From contig JAGWJP010000002.1 of NCBI GenBank assembly GCA_028865725.1, positions 104,050-168,049 of the forward strand: a stretch of 64,000 bases of DNA, in the 5' to 3' direction. Positions 10,475 through 19,182 of the stretch are shown piece by piece (position 1 is the stretch's first letter; the number at the start of each line of letters is the position of its first letter). The notes beneath the pieces are model-generated. The model was not told where the DNA came from, made no database searches, and was given only the letters and a program-made list of their open reading frames with translations. This DNA is from Patescibacteria group bacterium (GTDB lineage: Bacteria > Patescibacteriota > Minisyncoccia > UBA6257 > JACRHW01). The position numbers and the translations under genes were made by a program.

Positions 10475-11956
10475 TTATTTTTTTCCTTGTTTTAATCCCG
10501 CTTGCGTAATCATTTTTACCACCCAAAATGCGAGTCCCATAATACCGAGGGTAGGCAACAATGCAAGGGTAAGCGCACCGCCCGCGGTAATCAGTGCGCC
10601 AAAACCAACCCCTTTCCCCACAGACAGCGCCCCTCTCCCTGTTGCACCAAGACCCCTCTTTACATGATCAGTAAAATCCCTAAACTTGACTTCATCCTCC
10701 CTGTTTTTTTCAATACCCGCAAACTCTTCAATAAGAGATGCGCGTTTCACTGCAGTTCTCTCTATTTCGGCAATTACCCTTTCATCAAGCATCCCCTTTT
10801 CGATAGCTCCCTGCACATGACGCAGCTCACCTGCACTCTTCTCGCGCAAATGCTCCTTAAATCGTCCGGGAATATCAGCGAGCGCATCGATGAGGGCACG
10901 GTCTGCGAGACCCTCGGGAGAAGAAAGGATGGAAAGCAACGCCGCAGATTGTTCGGCGGGAATCCGTTCCAATGTGCTTGCCACATTGAAAAACACGTTC
11001 TTGTCTGATACGAGCAGCATGCGGAACTTAGGCTTTTGTGAAAGGGTATGAAGAAGCGATGCGGCGTCCTCCGGAGAAAGTGTACCGATTGTTTCCATAA
11101 CTTCACGCCATGTCTGTTCTCGCTCCTTATCACCATCAATGTCTTCTGCCTGAAGCACGCGCTCATGGAGCACCTGTGCAAGCAAGGTTTCCTTCCTGAA
11201 TACATCTTCTTTATTACGTGCCCTCCTTGCCTCGTAAGCAAGTGCTGCAGCGCGACGAATCATTACCGTGCTGCGCAATTCGTCTTTCCGATCCTCATCG
11301 GTCTTATTGCTGCGAAGCTCTCGTTTCTCTTCAGAAGAAAGATACAATTCAAAAAATGAAGGGCGGGGCTTGCGTTCTTTCCGTTGTAATGCCTTATTCT
11401 CTGCATCCTGTTCATTTAAATCGCCTCTTGTATAGGCATCAAACTCTTGCCGAGTGAGATATGTTTGTAAAAATAACGAAAATCCTTCCTTGCGCGCCTG
11501 TTTCAAGAGAGCGTTTTGTTCTTCGGGTTCCAGCGCTTCAAATACCGCCGCTGCTTCTGTAGCTTCGCGCTCTCCTTCTTTGCGCGCCTCCGCGCGCAAA
11601 GAAGGATTACCCGTAATACGCGCACGCGCCTCCGCTAATGCCTTCTTTTCTGCGCGTGCATCTGCGGTAGATGACTGTTTCCCTCTCGACTCATGCGGTG
11701 CTTCCCCTAAAATTGCGGGTGGGTCTTTGCTCTCTTCTTGCGGTGCACTGTACGCATGACCTCCCTCATGCACCCTGCTCTTGAGGAACTCTTCGACATC
11801 TTGTCCACGCGCGGTGCTCTTTAGGATCTCTTCGATATCGTATGCCAATTTCTCTCTGTGTTGTTCTACAACTTCATGAAGAAATGCGGCATCCGCCTCC
11901 GCGTCGAGTTCTTTTCTAGTTTTTCTTCCTTTTTCCTTTGGTCCCTCAAATGACAT
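10475..11956 (-). CDS. Highly charged helical hypothetical protein with C-terminal hydrophobic hairpin
   Basis: 493-aa ORF, E/K/R-rich, with a Gly-rich hydrophobic C-terminus. Confidence 0.75.
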   Translation of the reverse strand: MSFEGPKEKGRKTRKELDAEADAAFLHEVVEQHREKLAYDIEEILKSTARGQDVEEFLKSRVHEGGHAYSAPQEESKDPPAILGEAPHESRGKQSSTADARAEKKALAEARARITGNPSLRAEARKEGEREATEAAAVFEALEPEEQNALLKQARKEGFSLFLQTYLTRQEFDAYTRGDLNEQDAENKALQRKERKPRPSFFELYLSSEEKRELRSNKTDEDRKDELRSTVMIRRAAALAYEARRARNKEDVFRKETLLAQVLHERVLQAEDIDGDKEREQTWREVMETIGTLSPEDAASLLHTLSQKPKFRMLLVSDKNVFFNVASTLERIPAEQSAALLSILSSPEGLADRALIDALADIPGRFKEHLREKSAGELRHVQGAIEKGMLDERVIAEIERTAVKRASLIEEFAGIEKNREDEVKFRDFTDHVKRGLGATGRGALSVGKGVGFGALITAGGALTLALLPTLGIMGLAFWVVKMITQAGLKQGKK

Positions 11957-12347
11957 AATACTTGTTATTCACAACCTCGTGTTAATCCTAAAGTAGATAT
12001 CACTATTCTAATGCCTTCTCACCAATGAATCAAATTATCCCTTACGTGACGATCGTCAGATAAGGGATTATTGTATCGCAAATGGCTTAGAATGGCTTAT
12101 GCGGGGACTCAATGATAAGTGTGGCTGGTATTTTGAAACAAAAAAAGCCTTGGAATGTTTTCTTGAGGCATGGGGTAGAAAAAGAAAAACCCCGAGATTC
12201 GCTCGGGGTACCTGCCACACATGTGACAGGATTTTGTCTGCCCGCCGCGGCCACCCGCGGCAGGACTTTTAAGTGAGTCCCAGCCGATCACTCGGCGCGG
12301 GACTTGCGGGGGCGAGGCCCCCGCCATCTGCTGGCTGGCCCGAAGGC

Positions 12348-13103
12348 CTACCAGCGGTTGCCGTGCTTGCCGTTGGTCTGGCGACCGCGCGAGCCACGGT
12401 CGCCGCCGTTGCGCTGGTAGCCGCCGCGGCCGGACGACTCGTCGTCGTCCTTTCCACGGACGTCGTCCCAGCGGCGGCCGCCGGCGCGGGAGTCCGTGTG
12501 CGGAGCCGGCTGATGCCGCTCCCGGTACGCCTGCTCCTCGCGGCGCAGGCCACCAAGCTCCTCGGCGCGCATCTGGGCCTGGTAGCCCGACTGCGCGTGG
12601 AGAGGCTTGCGGCCGTTGCCGAGACGCCGGATGTTGTCGAGGCAGCGGCCGGTGTGACCGACCTCCACCTGCACCGAGCGATCCTTCTGGAAGCGCGGAA
12701 CCGCCTGACCGCGGTACACGATTCCTTCCGGATTGCGGTCGGGGTCGATGTACTGGTCCTTCGTCAGGATCGCGCCGTTCTCCTGCTTCAGGATGACGAC
12801 ACGCACGGGCGCGTCGACCACTTTGTTGCAGAAGGAGCACTTGGTTCCGTCCAGGATGGAGTCGTCCGGACCGATGAGGGTCTTGACGTCCTCCAGCCCG
12901 AGGGTGGTGCCGTTGGCGAACTGCCTGACGGATTCCTGGGTGAAGTAGTTCTGGCCGCCGTGAGCGTCGAAGTACTGCTTCGCCTCTTCCGTCATGAGCG
13001 GGAGCGCGGACGCGCCCCGCTTGGCCTGGTTGCGCTCGAGAGCGCTTCCGGACTTCTGCGAGGGGGGGACGACGGTCAGGGTGGCGGTGGTGTTCTTGGA
13101 CAT
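12348..13103 (-). CDS. High-GC orphan protein with putative Zn site (CSFC..HxxxC) and RG/RGG-rich tail
   Basis: AAGGAGG 9 nt before ATG 13103; G/C-ending codons in this frame; the overlapping ORFs look like GC shadow frames. Confidence 0.8.
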   Translation of the reverse strand: MSKNTTATLTVVPPSQKSGSALERNQAKRGASALPLMTEEAKQYFDAHGGQNYFTQESVRQFANGTTLGLEDVKTLIGPDDSILDGTKCSFCNKVVDAPVRVVILKQENGAILTKDQYIDPDRNPEGIVYRGQAVPRFQKDRSVQVEVGHTGRCLDNIRRLGNGRKPLHAQSGYQAQMRAEELGGLRREEQAYRERHQPAPHTDSRAGGRRWDDVRGKDDDESSGRGGYQRNGGDRGSRGRQTNGKHGNRW

Positions 13104-13296
13104 GGTTAGTGTCCTCCTTTTCATTTTCGGATACTCTTCGTTCGTCAGTCAAAAGACTTCAGTCAGAAAGAGCCCGTTCGAAGTATAATCGTTATGCTTG
13201 CGCATCGTTCATATACCTCGAACGCGCCCTTCCTGATTTAGGGTCTTCAACATTTGGGTCGAAGAGTATGTCAGGTTTTTCAATGTTCTTAAGCCC

Positions 13297-13325
13297 ATTA
13301 TACACCATCTTGAATTATTTGTCAA
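13297..13325 (-). promoter_or_regulatory. Consensus sigma70 promoter for the high-GC gene
   Basis: TTGACA-17 nt-TATAAT on the minus strand. Confidence 0.85.
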
Positions 13326-13628
13326 CCCCTCACCTTTTAGGCATCGTTTAAACTATTGGCTATCCTTCTTTTTAACTGTCCATACGCTCTTCCAAATCCC
13401 TTAAGGCGTCTCTCACACAATTTAGCATCATCTTCCGAACGATATGCTTCCACGTAGACATATATCCAGGGCTGATAACGCGCAGTTGATGGCGATTGGC
13501 CACTGTTGTGCTCTAATAGTCTTCTTTTTAAATCGTTCGTTTTTCCGATATATAACGATTTGTTCGCCTTGCTCTTTAATACATACACGTAATGCATACC
13601 TGCATTATTATGTCTAAAAGGTGAGGGG
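13326..13628. mobile_element. Mini element with 15-bp terminal inverted repeats carrying a GIY-YIG gene
   Basis: cccctcaccttttag (13326-13340) and ctaaaaggtgagggg (13614-13628) are perfect inverted repeats; TCAA flanks both sides (13322-13325, 13629-13632). Confidence 0.75.
13337..13597 (-). CDS. Small GIY-YIG endonuclease (UPF0213/YhbQ-like)
   Basis: YVYVL..LYIG.T.DL.RRL.EHNSG..ST..Y.PW..E..E..LK; likely start ATG 13597. Confidence 0.92.
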   Translation of the reverse strand: MHYVYVLKSKANKSLYIGKTNDLKRRLLEHNSGQSPSTARYQPWIYVYVEAYRSEDDAKLCERRLKGFGRAYGQLKRRIANSLNDA

Positions 13629-13632
13629 TCAA

Positions 13633-13799
13633 GTTTTTCAGGATCGGCCCTCAAATAAAGAGATAACGTCAAGATTGTTCAGGATTTCTGTCGTCGCTCG
13701 TTCATTCACAAAAGCGGTCTCCCCTCATCTATTGTTCACCTCTTTATTTCAGGGCCGATACCCGTAACACCGGTGTACAAGGCCCTCATTCAAGTTTCT
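13633..13799 (-). ncRNA. Candidate structured non-coding RNA
   Basis: Lies downstream of a consensus promoter; 20-bp stem with one mismatch (13643-13662/13740-13759) enclosing further pairing; no long ORF. Confidence 0.4.
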
Positions 13800-13805
13800 A
13801 GGTGT

Positions 13806-13833
13806 ATTATAGCAGATCCACAGAATTTGTCAA
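13806..13833 (-). promoter_or_regulatory. Consensus sigma70 promoter
   Basis: TTGACA-16 nt-TATAAT on the minus strand. Confidence 0.75.
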
Positions 13834-13935
13834 GAACCCCCCATTGCGCTCCCCTCCTTTGTACATTATAGAGAACTTGATACAGGCACAGGGGATAACA
13901 CAAAAGACCCCTTTTGGGGTCCTATTTTAATAGTA

Positions 13936-14715
13936 TTAACGTCCGAAACAATCTCGAAGCGCCGTCGATACTCCCTCAAAATCACGGCCAAGGAGCGAAA
14001 GAATATACCCCAAACGTTTCCCATGACCCCGATACATCCACCGAGGTTTCCCCGAAACAAGATCAGCACCCTTCACATGATTTACAATCTCGTGTGGAGA
14101 AAATTCGCTGACCATTTCAATCTCCACCTCGTCCTTTTTTCCTGACATGCTCGCTACATCGCAGAGAACCGTGACTACAAGATTCACCCGTCCGGTTTCA
14201 TCGCTTGATTTTGCATCAATACGAAAATAGTTCCACAAGGGATCAACTTCAAGGCCCGCTTCCTCGCCTGTTTCACGATGCAGGACGCGCCTAATCACAT
14301 CGATTAACCCGTCAACTTCAATCTCATCAAGAAGTTCCTGCAACATTTCTGCCTTAACGCTTTTTGAAATTTCACGTTCTTTTGTGCCATCACCCTTAAT
14401 GTCGATAATGTCGACTCCCCCTCCGGGAAGCCCCCATGCCTCCGGTTTTACTACCGGCTCGCCATCGACCAAAAACGTGTCTTCCTTTTCGAACACCAGG
14501 CATATCCGTACTTCTTCGGGATTCATCCGACCACGCTCTAACTGGGCGGAAAATCCCTTGCCGTCTTTCATCCTTACCGGAACGCAAAAGACGGAAAGAT
14601 GTCCCACCGATCCTTCATACGCTTCAAGCGTACGCCGAAGCGCGGCGAGCAAACGCTCTTTCTCTCCTACAGTTTCCATTGCGCGCTTTTGGCGCGCGAT
14701 AAGCCATCCCTTCAT
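13936..14715 (-). CDS. NUDIX-hydrolase-like protein with an interrupted Nudix box
   Basis: WGLPGGGVD..(insert)..RETGEEAGL; AAGGAGG upstream of ATG 14715. Confidence 0.7.
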   Translation of the reverse strand: MKGWLIARQKRAMETVGEKERLLAALRRTLEAYEGSVGHLSVFCVPVRMKDGKGFSAQLERGRMNPEEVRICLVFEKEDTFLVDGEPVVKPEAWGLPGGGVDIIDIKGDGTKEREISKSVKAEMLQELLDEIEVDGLIDVIRRVLHRETGEEAGLEVDPLWNYFRIDAKSSDETGRVNLVVTVLCDVASMSGKKDEVEIEMVSEFSPHEIVNHVKGADLVSGKPRWMYRGHGKRLGYILSLLGRDFEGVSTALRDCFGR

Positions 14716-14827
14716 TTTCAACACCCTCCTTTGGTGTGCTTTCTATTTGATACCACATTACAAGATAATAAGTCAATAGAACACGATAAATTAAAAACCC
14801 CGCATTTCGCGAGGTTGCATTTTTTAT

Positions 14828-15256
14828 TTATGTATGCCGCTTCTGCCGAATAAAAAAACCATTCGCGCGCCTCATCGCACGCTCGATCCGACGCATATCC
14901 TTGTCTTGCTTTCTTCCTCTTGCAAGACGGGCCTGACGGAGTGCAGAAGGCGTCAGAGTCCTCCGCTTCCCGTTTCTCCGCTCATTTCTCCCGGGAGAGC
15001 GCCACGGCGTCCGACATACCGTCACAAGAACGCAATACTTTTCAAATCTCTTCCAAACAAAACGGAGTCCTGCAGCATCCCAGAACTCTTCCGTATAGTC
15101 TGCGTGCATCCTTTGCCCCACAAGCCTCCCGTCCTCGCGCAAAAGATCAAGCATCTGCGTGATAACATTCTCCTTCAAAATTATACCTTCAAGAGGAGCA
15201 CGCTCCTTGAATCTCGATTGCGCGTGCTTGGAAATTTCAATATTCAACTCCTCCAC
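14828..15256 (-). CDS. Hypothetical protein, DUF4258/RelE-like fold signature plus basic tail
   Basis: ISKHAQSRFKER..RFVW..VLVTV pattern; GGAGG-rich ribosome site; start approximate. Confidence 0.5.
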   Translation of the reverse strand: MEELNIEISKHAQSRFKERAPLEGIILKENVITQMLDLLREDGRLVGQRMHADYTEEFWDAAGLRFVWKRFEKYCVLVTVCRTPWRSPGRNERRNGKRRTLTPSALRQARLARGRKQDKDMRRIERAMRRANGFFIRQKRHT

Positions 15257-15398
15257 TCCTCCCTCTCCCCTCTCTCTTAAGAAGCGGGGACGCACAGTCA
15301 CGCTTCCCAAGAGCGGTAATACCATACCAGTTTTCAAAACCCATGTCAATAATATCAATGGTATTGCACCCCAACCTGCGTGCGTTACTCTGATTCGT

Positions 15399-15974
15399 TT
15401 ACACGGATGTTTTCTCAACGCGCTCTACATAGCTTTTTGTAAGCGTGTTGACCCGCACAATATCCCCCTCATTGATAAACAAAGGAACGGCCACTTCGGC
15501 CCCGGTTTCTAGTGTGACGAGCTTAGTGCCTCCTTGCGCAGTATTTCCTTTGATACCGGGTGGAGCTTCCATTACCTTAAGATCCACTTTGATAGGCAGA
15601 ATGACATTCAATACTGATCCCCGTACAAGAATGGCCTCCACTATTGTGTTCGCTTTCAAAAACGATGCCCCATCCCCCATGACGCCTTCAGGCAAAGAAA
15701 AACGATTGGCAGGTTTCCCTTCTTCACAAAACCAATATTCGCCTCTGTTTGCATACAAAAATTTCATCGGCTTTTTTTCCACTTCTACTTCCTCGAACTT
15801 ATCAGCAGGCTTGAAGTTACGGCTCAACACCGCACCGGTACGCAGGTTCTTGATACGCGTCTGCACATTGGAACCTCCGCGCCCAATATGTTGATGCGAG
15901 ACCTCGAGAATTTCAAAAGGATCTCCCTCAATCGAGACCACAATCCCATTTTCTAAATCATTAATCGTAAGCAT
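15399..15974 (-). CDS. efp: Elongation factor P
   Basis: HIGRG loop, PPGIKGNTAQGGTK..LETG..VPLFI.EGD. Confidence 0.96.
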   Translation of the reverse strand: MLTINDLENGIVVSIEGDPFEILEVSHQHIGRGGSNVQTRIKNLRTGAVLSRNFKPADKFEEVEVEKKPMKFLYANRGEYWFCEEGKPANRFSLPEGVMGDGASFLKANTIVEAILVRGSVLNVILPIKVDLKVMEAPPGIKGNTAQGGTKLVTLETGAEVAVPLFINEGDIVRVNTLTKSYVERVEKTSV

Positions 15975-16057
15975 ATAAAATCGTGTAACGAGTATTACGT
16001 AGCGTTATTGATTATAAGATTTATATACTATACAAGAAATTTGCTATGAAATACAAG

Positions 16058-17818
16058 CTATTCAATTGATTTGAGAGAAGCAGCAATAGAGCGACGGAGC
16101 GCATCAATCTCCTTTTCTTTTTCTTCTCCTGCATTTTCTAATGGCATAGGGTTGTTGTGTGCGAAAGGGGTGAGCAGCGCATCTAACTGTGGCGCATGAT
16201 ACACAGTTGTTTCGACCACCGGTGCTGCGCCACCTTCCACGCTCTCAGCCACTGCCAGTGTTGCCGGAATCGAATCCTCTGACGTCGCAACCACTGGACG
16301 CGTTGCGCGGGGACGCGTGGGCGGAATAATCTTTCCCGCCTGGATGAGCTTGAGGCAGTTTTTGCAATATACAGGACGTTTTGGATCTGGCTGAAATGGA
16401 ATTTGCGTCTCCGTGCCGCAATTCCAGCAAATTGCCGAATACATCGCGCGTTGCGAATCGGGCTGACTCGAATGCGAAGCATCCGGAGCAACTCCACCCT
16501 CTCCCTGCATAGATGCTTCTTTATCAGACATGAATACGGTGCTCAACCATTCATTAATAATCTCATCTACGCGTTCACGAGGCACGGAATACGTGGCATA
16601 GGTATAGCGTAAAATCTCATTGCGAAAACTCACCTCGGGAAGAGGAGTGGGAGGAAGGGTTACTGCAGAAAACGCGGGCGATGTAGCTCCATCAATCATA
16701 AGTTTCATCGCCACCTGTGCCCGCGGCAAGTTCACAAAATCGTTGACCACAAAAACAGGAAACATTTCTTTTTCAAACAGCTCTGCATCATCAGGCCCAA
16801 TGCGAAACACCATCATCGTCCCCACGTTTCCCACAATCGCATCGCGTACTGTTTCGTCCATCTGTGAAATATACTGGTTTGCCACGATAAGATTGAGGTG
16901 AAATTTCCGCGCCTCAGCAAGGATAGAGGCAAAGGCAGGCGTTGCAAAATGTTGAAACTCATCGATATATAAATAAAAATCCTTGCGATCTTTTTCGTCG
17001 GGTATATCGATGCGGCTCATGGCAGCAAGTTGGAGCTTAGTCGTAAGGAGGGCACCTAAGATCCTGCTATTATCTTCGCCGATTTTCCCGCGCGAAAGAT
17101 TCACTAAAAAAATGGACCCTTCATCCATAATTTTCCGAATATCAATCGTCGAATGCGGCTGACCTACAATATTTCTAAGAAGCGGGTTCATGGTAATCTG
17201 ACCAATCTTGTTCTGAATAGGCGCGATCGCTTCGGTTTGAAACTGCTCTTTGTAGCGCGCAAACTCTTTCGTCCAAAAATCGCGTATCAAAGGATCGGTA
17301 AGCTGGTCGATCACGTATTTGCGATAATCCTTATCGTTCAACAAGCGCATGATACCAAGCAGGGTCGCATCAGGAATTTCAAGAAGCGCCATAAGGCAAT
17401 TATTAAGAATATACTCCATACGCGCCGACCATACATCAGGCCAAATCTTCTTAAACACGCTCATAAGTCCCGAGGCGACAAGGTGGCGCCTATCCGGCGT
17501 TACATTTTCCATGGGATTAAACGCGATCGCCTGATCAAGCACGGAAGGATCAAAATAGATCACATCCTTGATGCGATTCTCGGGAACAAAATCGAGTAGT
17601 TTTTCTACTGAATCGCCGTGAGGGTCAATAAACGCAAGCCCTCTCCCCGCAACCATATCTTGAATAGCCATATTTTCCAGCAAGACGCTTTTTCCCATGC
17701 CGCTCTTCCCGATAATATACGTGTGGCGCCTCCGATCATCCTCTCGGATACCAAAACGCACCCGTTGATTGCGGAAATTTGTTTCTCCTAATATCAGATC
17801 AAAAGTACTTTCTGCCAT
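16058..17818 (-). CDS. VirD4/TraG(HerA)-like coupling ATPase with C-terminal CxxC-x17-CxxC domain
   Basis: GKSGMGKS Walker A, IDPHGD, LYIDEFQ Walker B, ANQYISQ; CWNC..PFQP..RPVYCKNC. Confidence 0.88.
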   Translation of the reverse strand: MAESTFDLILGETNFRNQRVRFGIREDDRRRHTYIIGKSGMGKSVLLENMAIQDMVAGRGLAFIDPHGDSVEKLLDFVPENRIKDVIYFDPSVLDQAIAFNPMENVTPDRRHLVASGLMSVFKKIWPDVWSARMEYILNNCLMALLEIPDATLLGIMRLLNDKDYRKYVIDQLTDPLIRDFWTKEFARYKEQFQTEAIAPIQNKIGQITMNPLLRNIVGQPHSTIDIRKIMDEGSIFLVNLSRGKIGEDNSRILGALLTTKLQLAAMSRIDIPDEKDRKDFYLYIDEFQHFATPAFASILAEARKFHLNLIVANQYISQMDETVRDAIVGNVGTMMVFRIGPDDAELFEKEMFPVFVVNDFVNLPRAQVAMKLMIDGATSPAFSAVTLPPTPLPEVSFRNEILRYTYATYSVPRERVDEIINEWLSTVFMSDKEASMQGEGGVAPDASHSSQPDSQRAMYSAICWNCGTETQIPFQPDPKRPVYCKNCLKLIQAGKIIPPTRPRATRPVVATSEDSIPATLAVAESVEGGAAPVVETTVYHAPQLDALLTPFAHNNPMPLENAGEEKEKEIDALRRSIAASLKSIE

Positions 17819-17908
17819 AGTGTGTACGCGCTGCGTATGCTACTGTATTACGTGCATATTTCTATTGTAACAAAGAAGTCCCCACCTGAATACAAAAACC
17901 AATCTGTA

Positions 17909-19156
17909 CTAGACAGGAAGGTTCGGGGGCGGCTGTCCTTTTTTTGTTTCCAGTCTATGCAAAAACGGAGCCGCGACATTCGCCATCGGATAATGATAAA
18001 TCGTCGCAAGCTCTTCCGTTGACATTACCATACTCTTTTGCGGAAAAAGTCTCAATTGGTACGCGCGATATATATCCTCCTTCATAAGGAATTCGGTTCT
18101 TTTCTTAAAGAACAAGCTCTTGGGGCCGGGAAGCGTCGCCAAATTAGGCACAAACCCGTTCATGTGAGTCGTATTAAAAATCTTAAACGCACCCGCGAGC
18201 GCTGCTACGTTTACGCGCGTGAATTGATCTCTACGATCAATATAAATCATACGCATTCCTGTCTCAAATGCGAGTTGTGACATTTTTCGCTCCACCGCTT
18301 CAAGTACCTCTCGTTTTCCCGGAGTTAATTTGGTCACATCACTCTCCTTCTTAGGAGCCTCCGCACTCCATGTGGGATGCTCAAAGGGCGCTTTTAAAAG
18401 ATTTACGATAAACTCAAGCAGTCCCTCGATCAATCCATCAAAAAACCCTTTTTTCAGTATAATGGGAACCCCTGATAATTTTTTAATCACAAGGTCGCCT
18501 TCTTCCTTAAATGCTTTGCGTGCAGGTTTGATAAGAATCTGGATCCACATCAATTCATCATTTTTCAACTGACTCATAGTCTCAATCACGCTTGACAACG
18601 GATCAACGCGACGCTCTTCTTTTACTTCTTCGAAGCTCGGATAAGTTCTTATTGGAAAGGGGCTCTCGTTTGTAAACACGTAATCCGCGCCCCAGATATC
18701 ATAATCCTTGTTCGGAAGCACATCCGCAATCGCATGCGTATAATCGTCTACCCCCACCACTTCGGCATCGGGATACTGCGCATACACTTGCGATTCAATT
18801 AAATTTTTGAACTTACTCGGTGTATGTATATAAAAATGAACACCGCCCCCCGTGCCCGCAATCTCAAAACTTATCCATTCCTGGAATGTACCTTTGAGAA
18901 ATGCATCCCGCGGGCGTATAAATGCCTGAATCGCGTGCATGCCATTAAAAATCTGCTCCATTGACTTGGGAGTTTTTAATATCTCTTTAGGAATCCGAAC
19001 CTCAAGGGTAATCCACGAAATGCTCGATGCATACATCGCGGTCACATACATTTTCCAAAAATCTACAAGAACCAAATACAACACCAGCGGAAGTATAAAC
19101 CACCATACCAGACCCCACACCATGAGAATACTTGAAAAAAGTCCTGAGACAATCAC
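17909..19156 (-). CDS. Conserved membrane protein adjacent to the VirD4-like ATPase
   Basis: N-terminal TM; KSMEQIF..H, ISFEI, IESQVYAQYP, EELATIYHYP..PPPNLP motifs typical of this CPR family. Confidence 0.75.
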   Translation of the reverse strand: MIVSGLFSSILMVWGLVWWFILPLVLYLVLVDFWKMYVTAMYASSISWITLEVRIPKEILKTPKSMEQIFNGMHAIQAFIRPRDAFLKGTFQEWISFEIAGTGGGVHFYIHTPSKFKNLIESQVYAQYPDAEVVGVDDYTHAIADVLPNKDYDIWGADYVFTNESPFPIRTYPSFEEVKEERRVDPLSSVIETMSQLKNDELMWIQILIKPARKAFKEEGDLVIKKLSGVPIILKKGFFDGLIEGLLEFIVNLLKAPFEHPTWSAEAPKKESDVTKLTPGKREVLEAVERKMSQLAFETGMRMIYIDRRDQFTRVNVAALAGAFKIFNTTHMNGFVPNLATLPGPKSLFFKKRTEFLMKEDIYRAYQLRLFPQKSMVMSTEELATIYHYPMANVAAPFLHRLETKKGQPPPNLPV

Positions 19157-19182
19157 GCTTAAAATATGCTCGTTAAAAACCT

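Noticed and set aside
12033-12072. Long hairpin atcccttacgtgacg/cgtcagataagggat
   Set aside because: It is a single intergenic palindrome with no second copy seen, so it cannot be distinguished from a terminator or operator.
12109-13152. Long overlapping ORFs (347 aa minus, 278 aa plus) in the high-GC block
   Set aside because: They are Arg/Pro- or Ala/Val-rich shadow frames expected from high GC3; only the 12348-13103 frame has an SD and normal composition.
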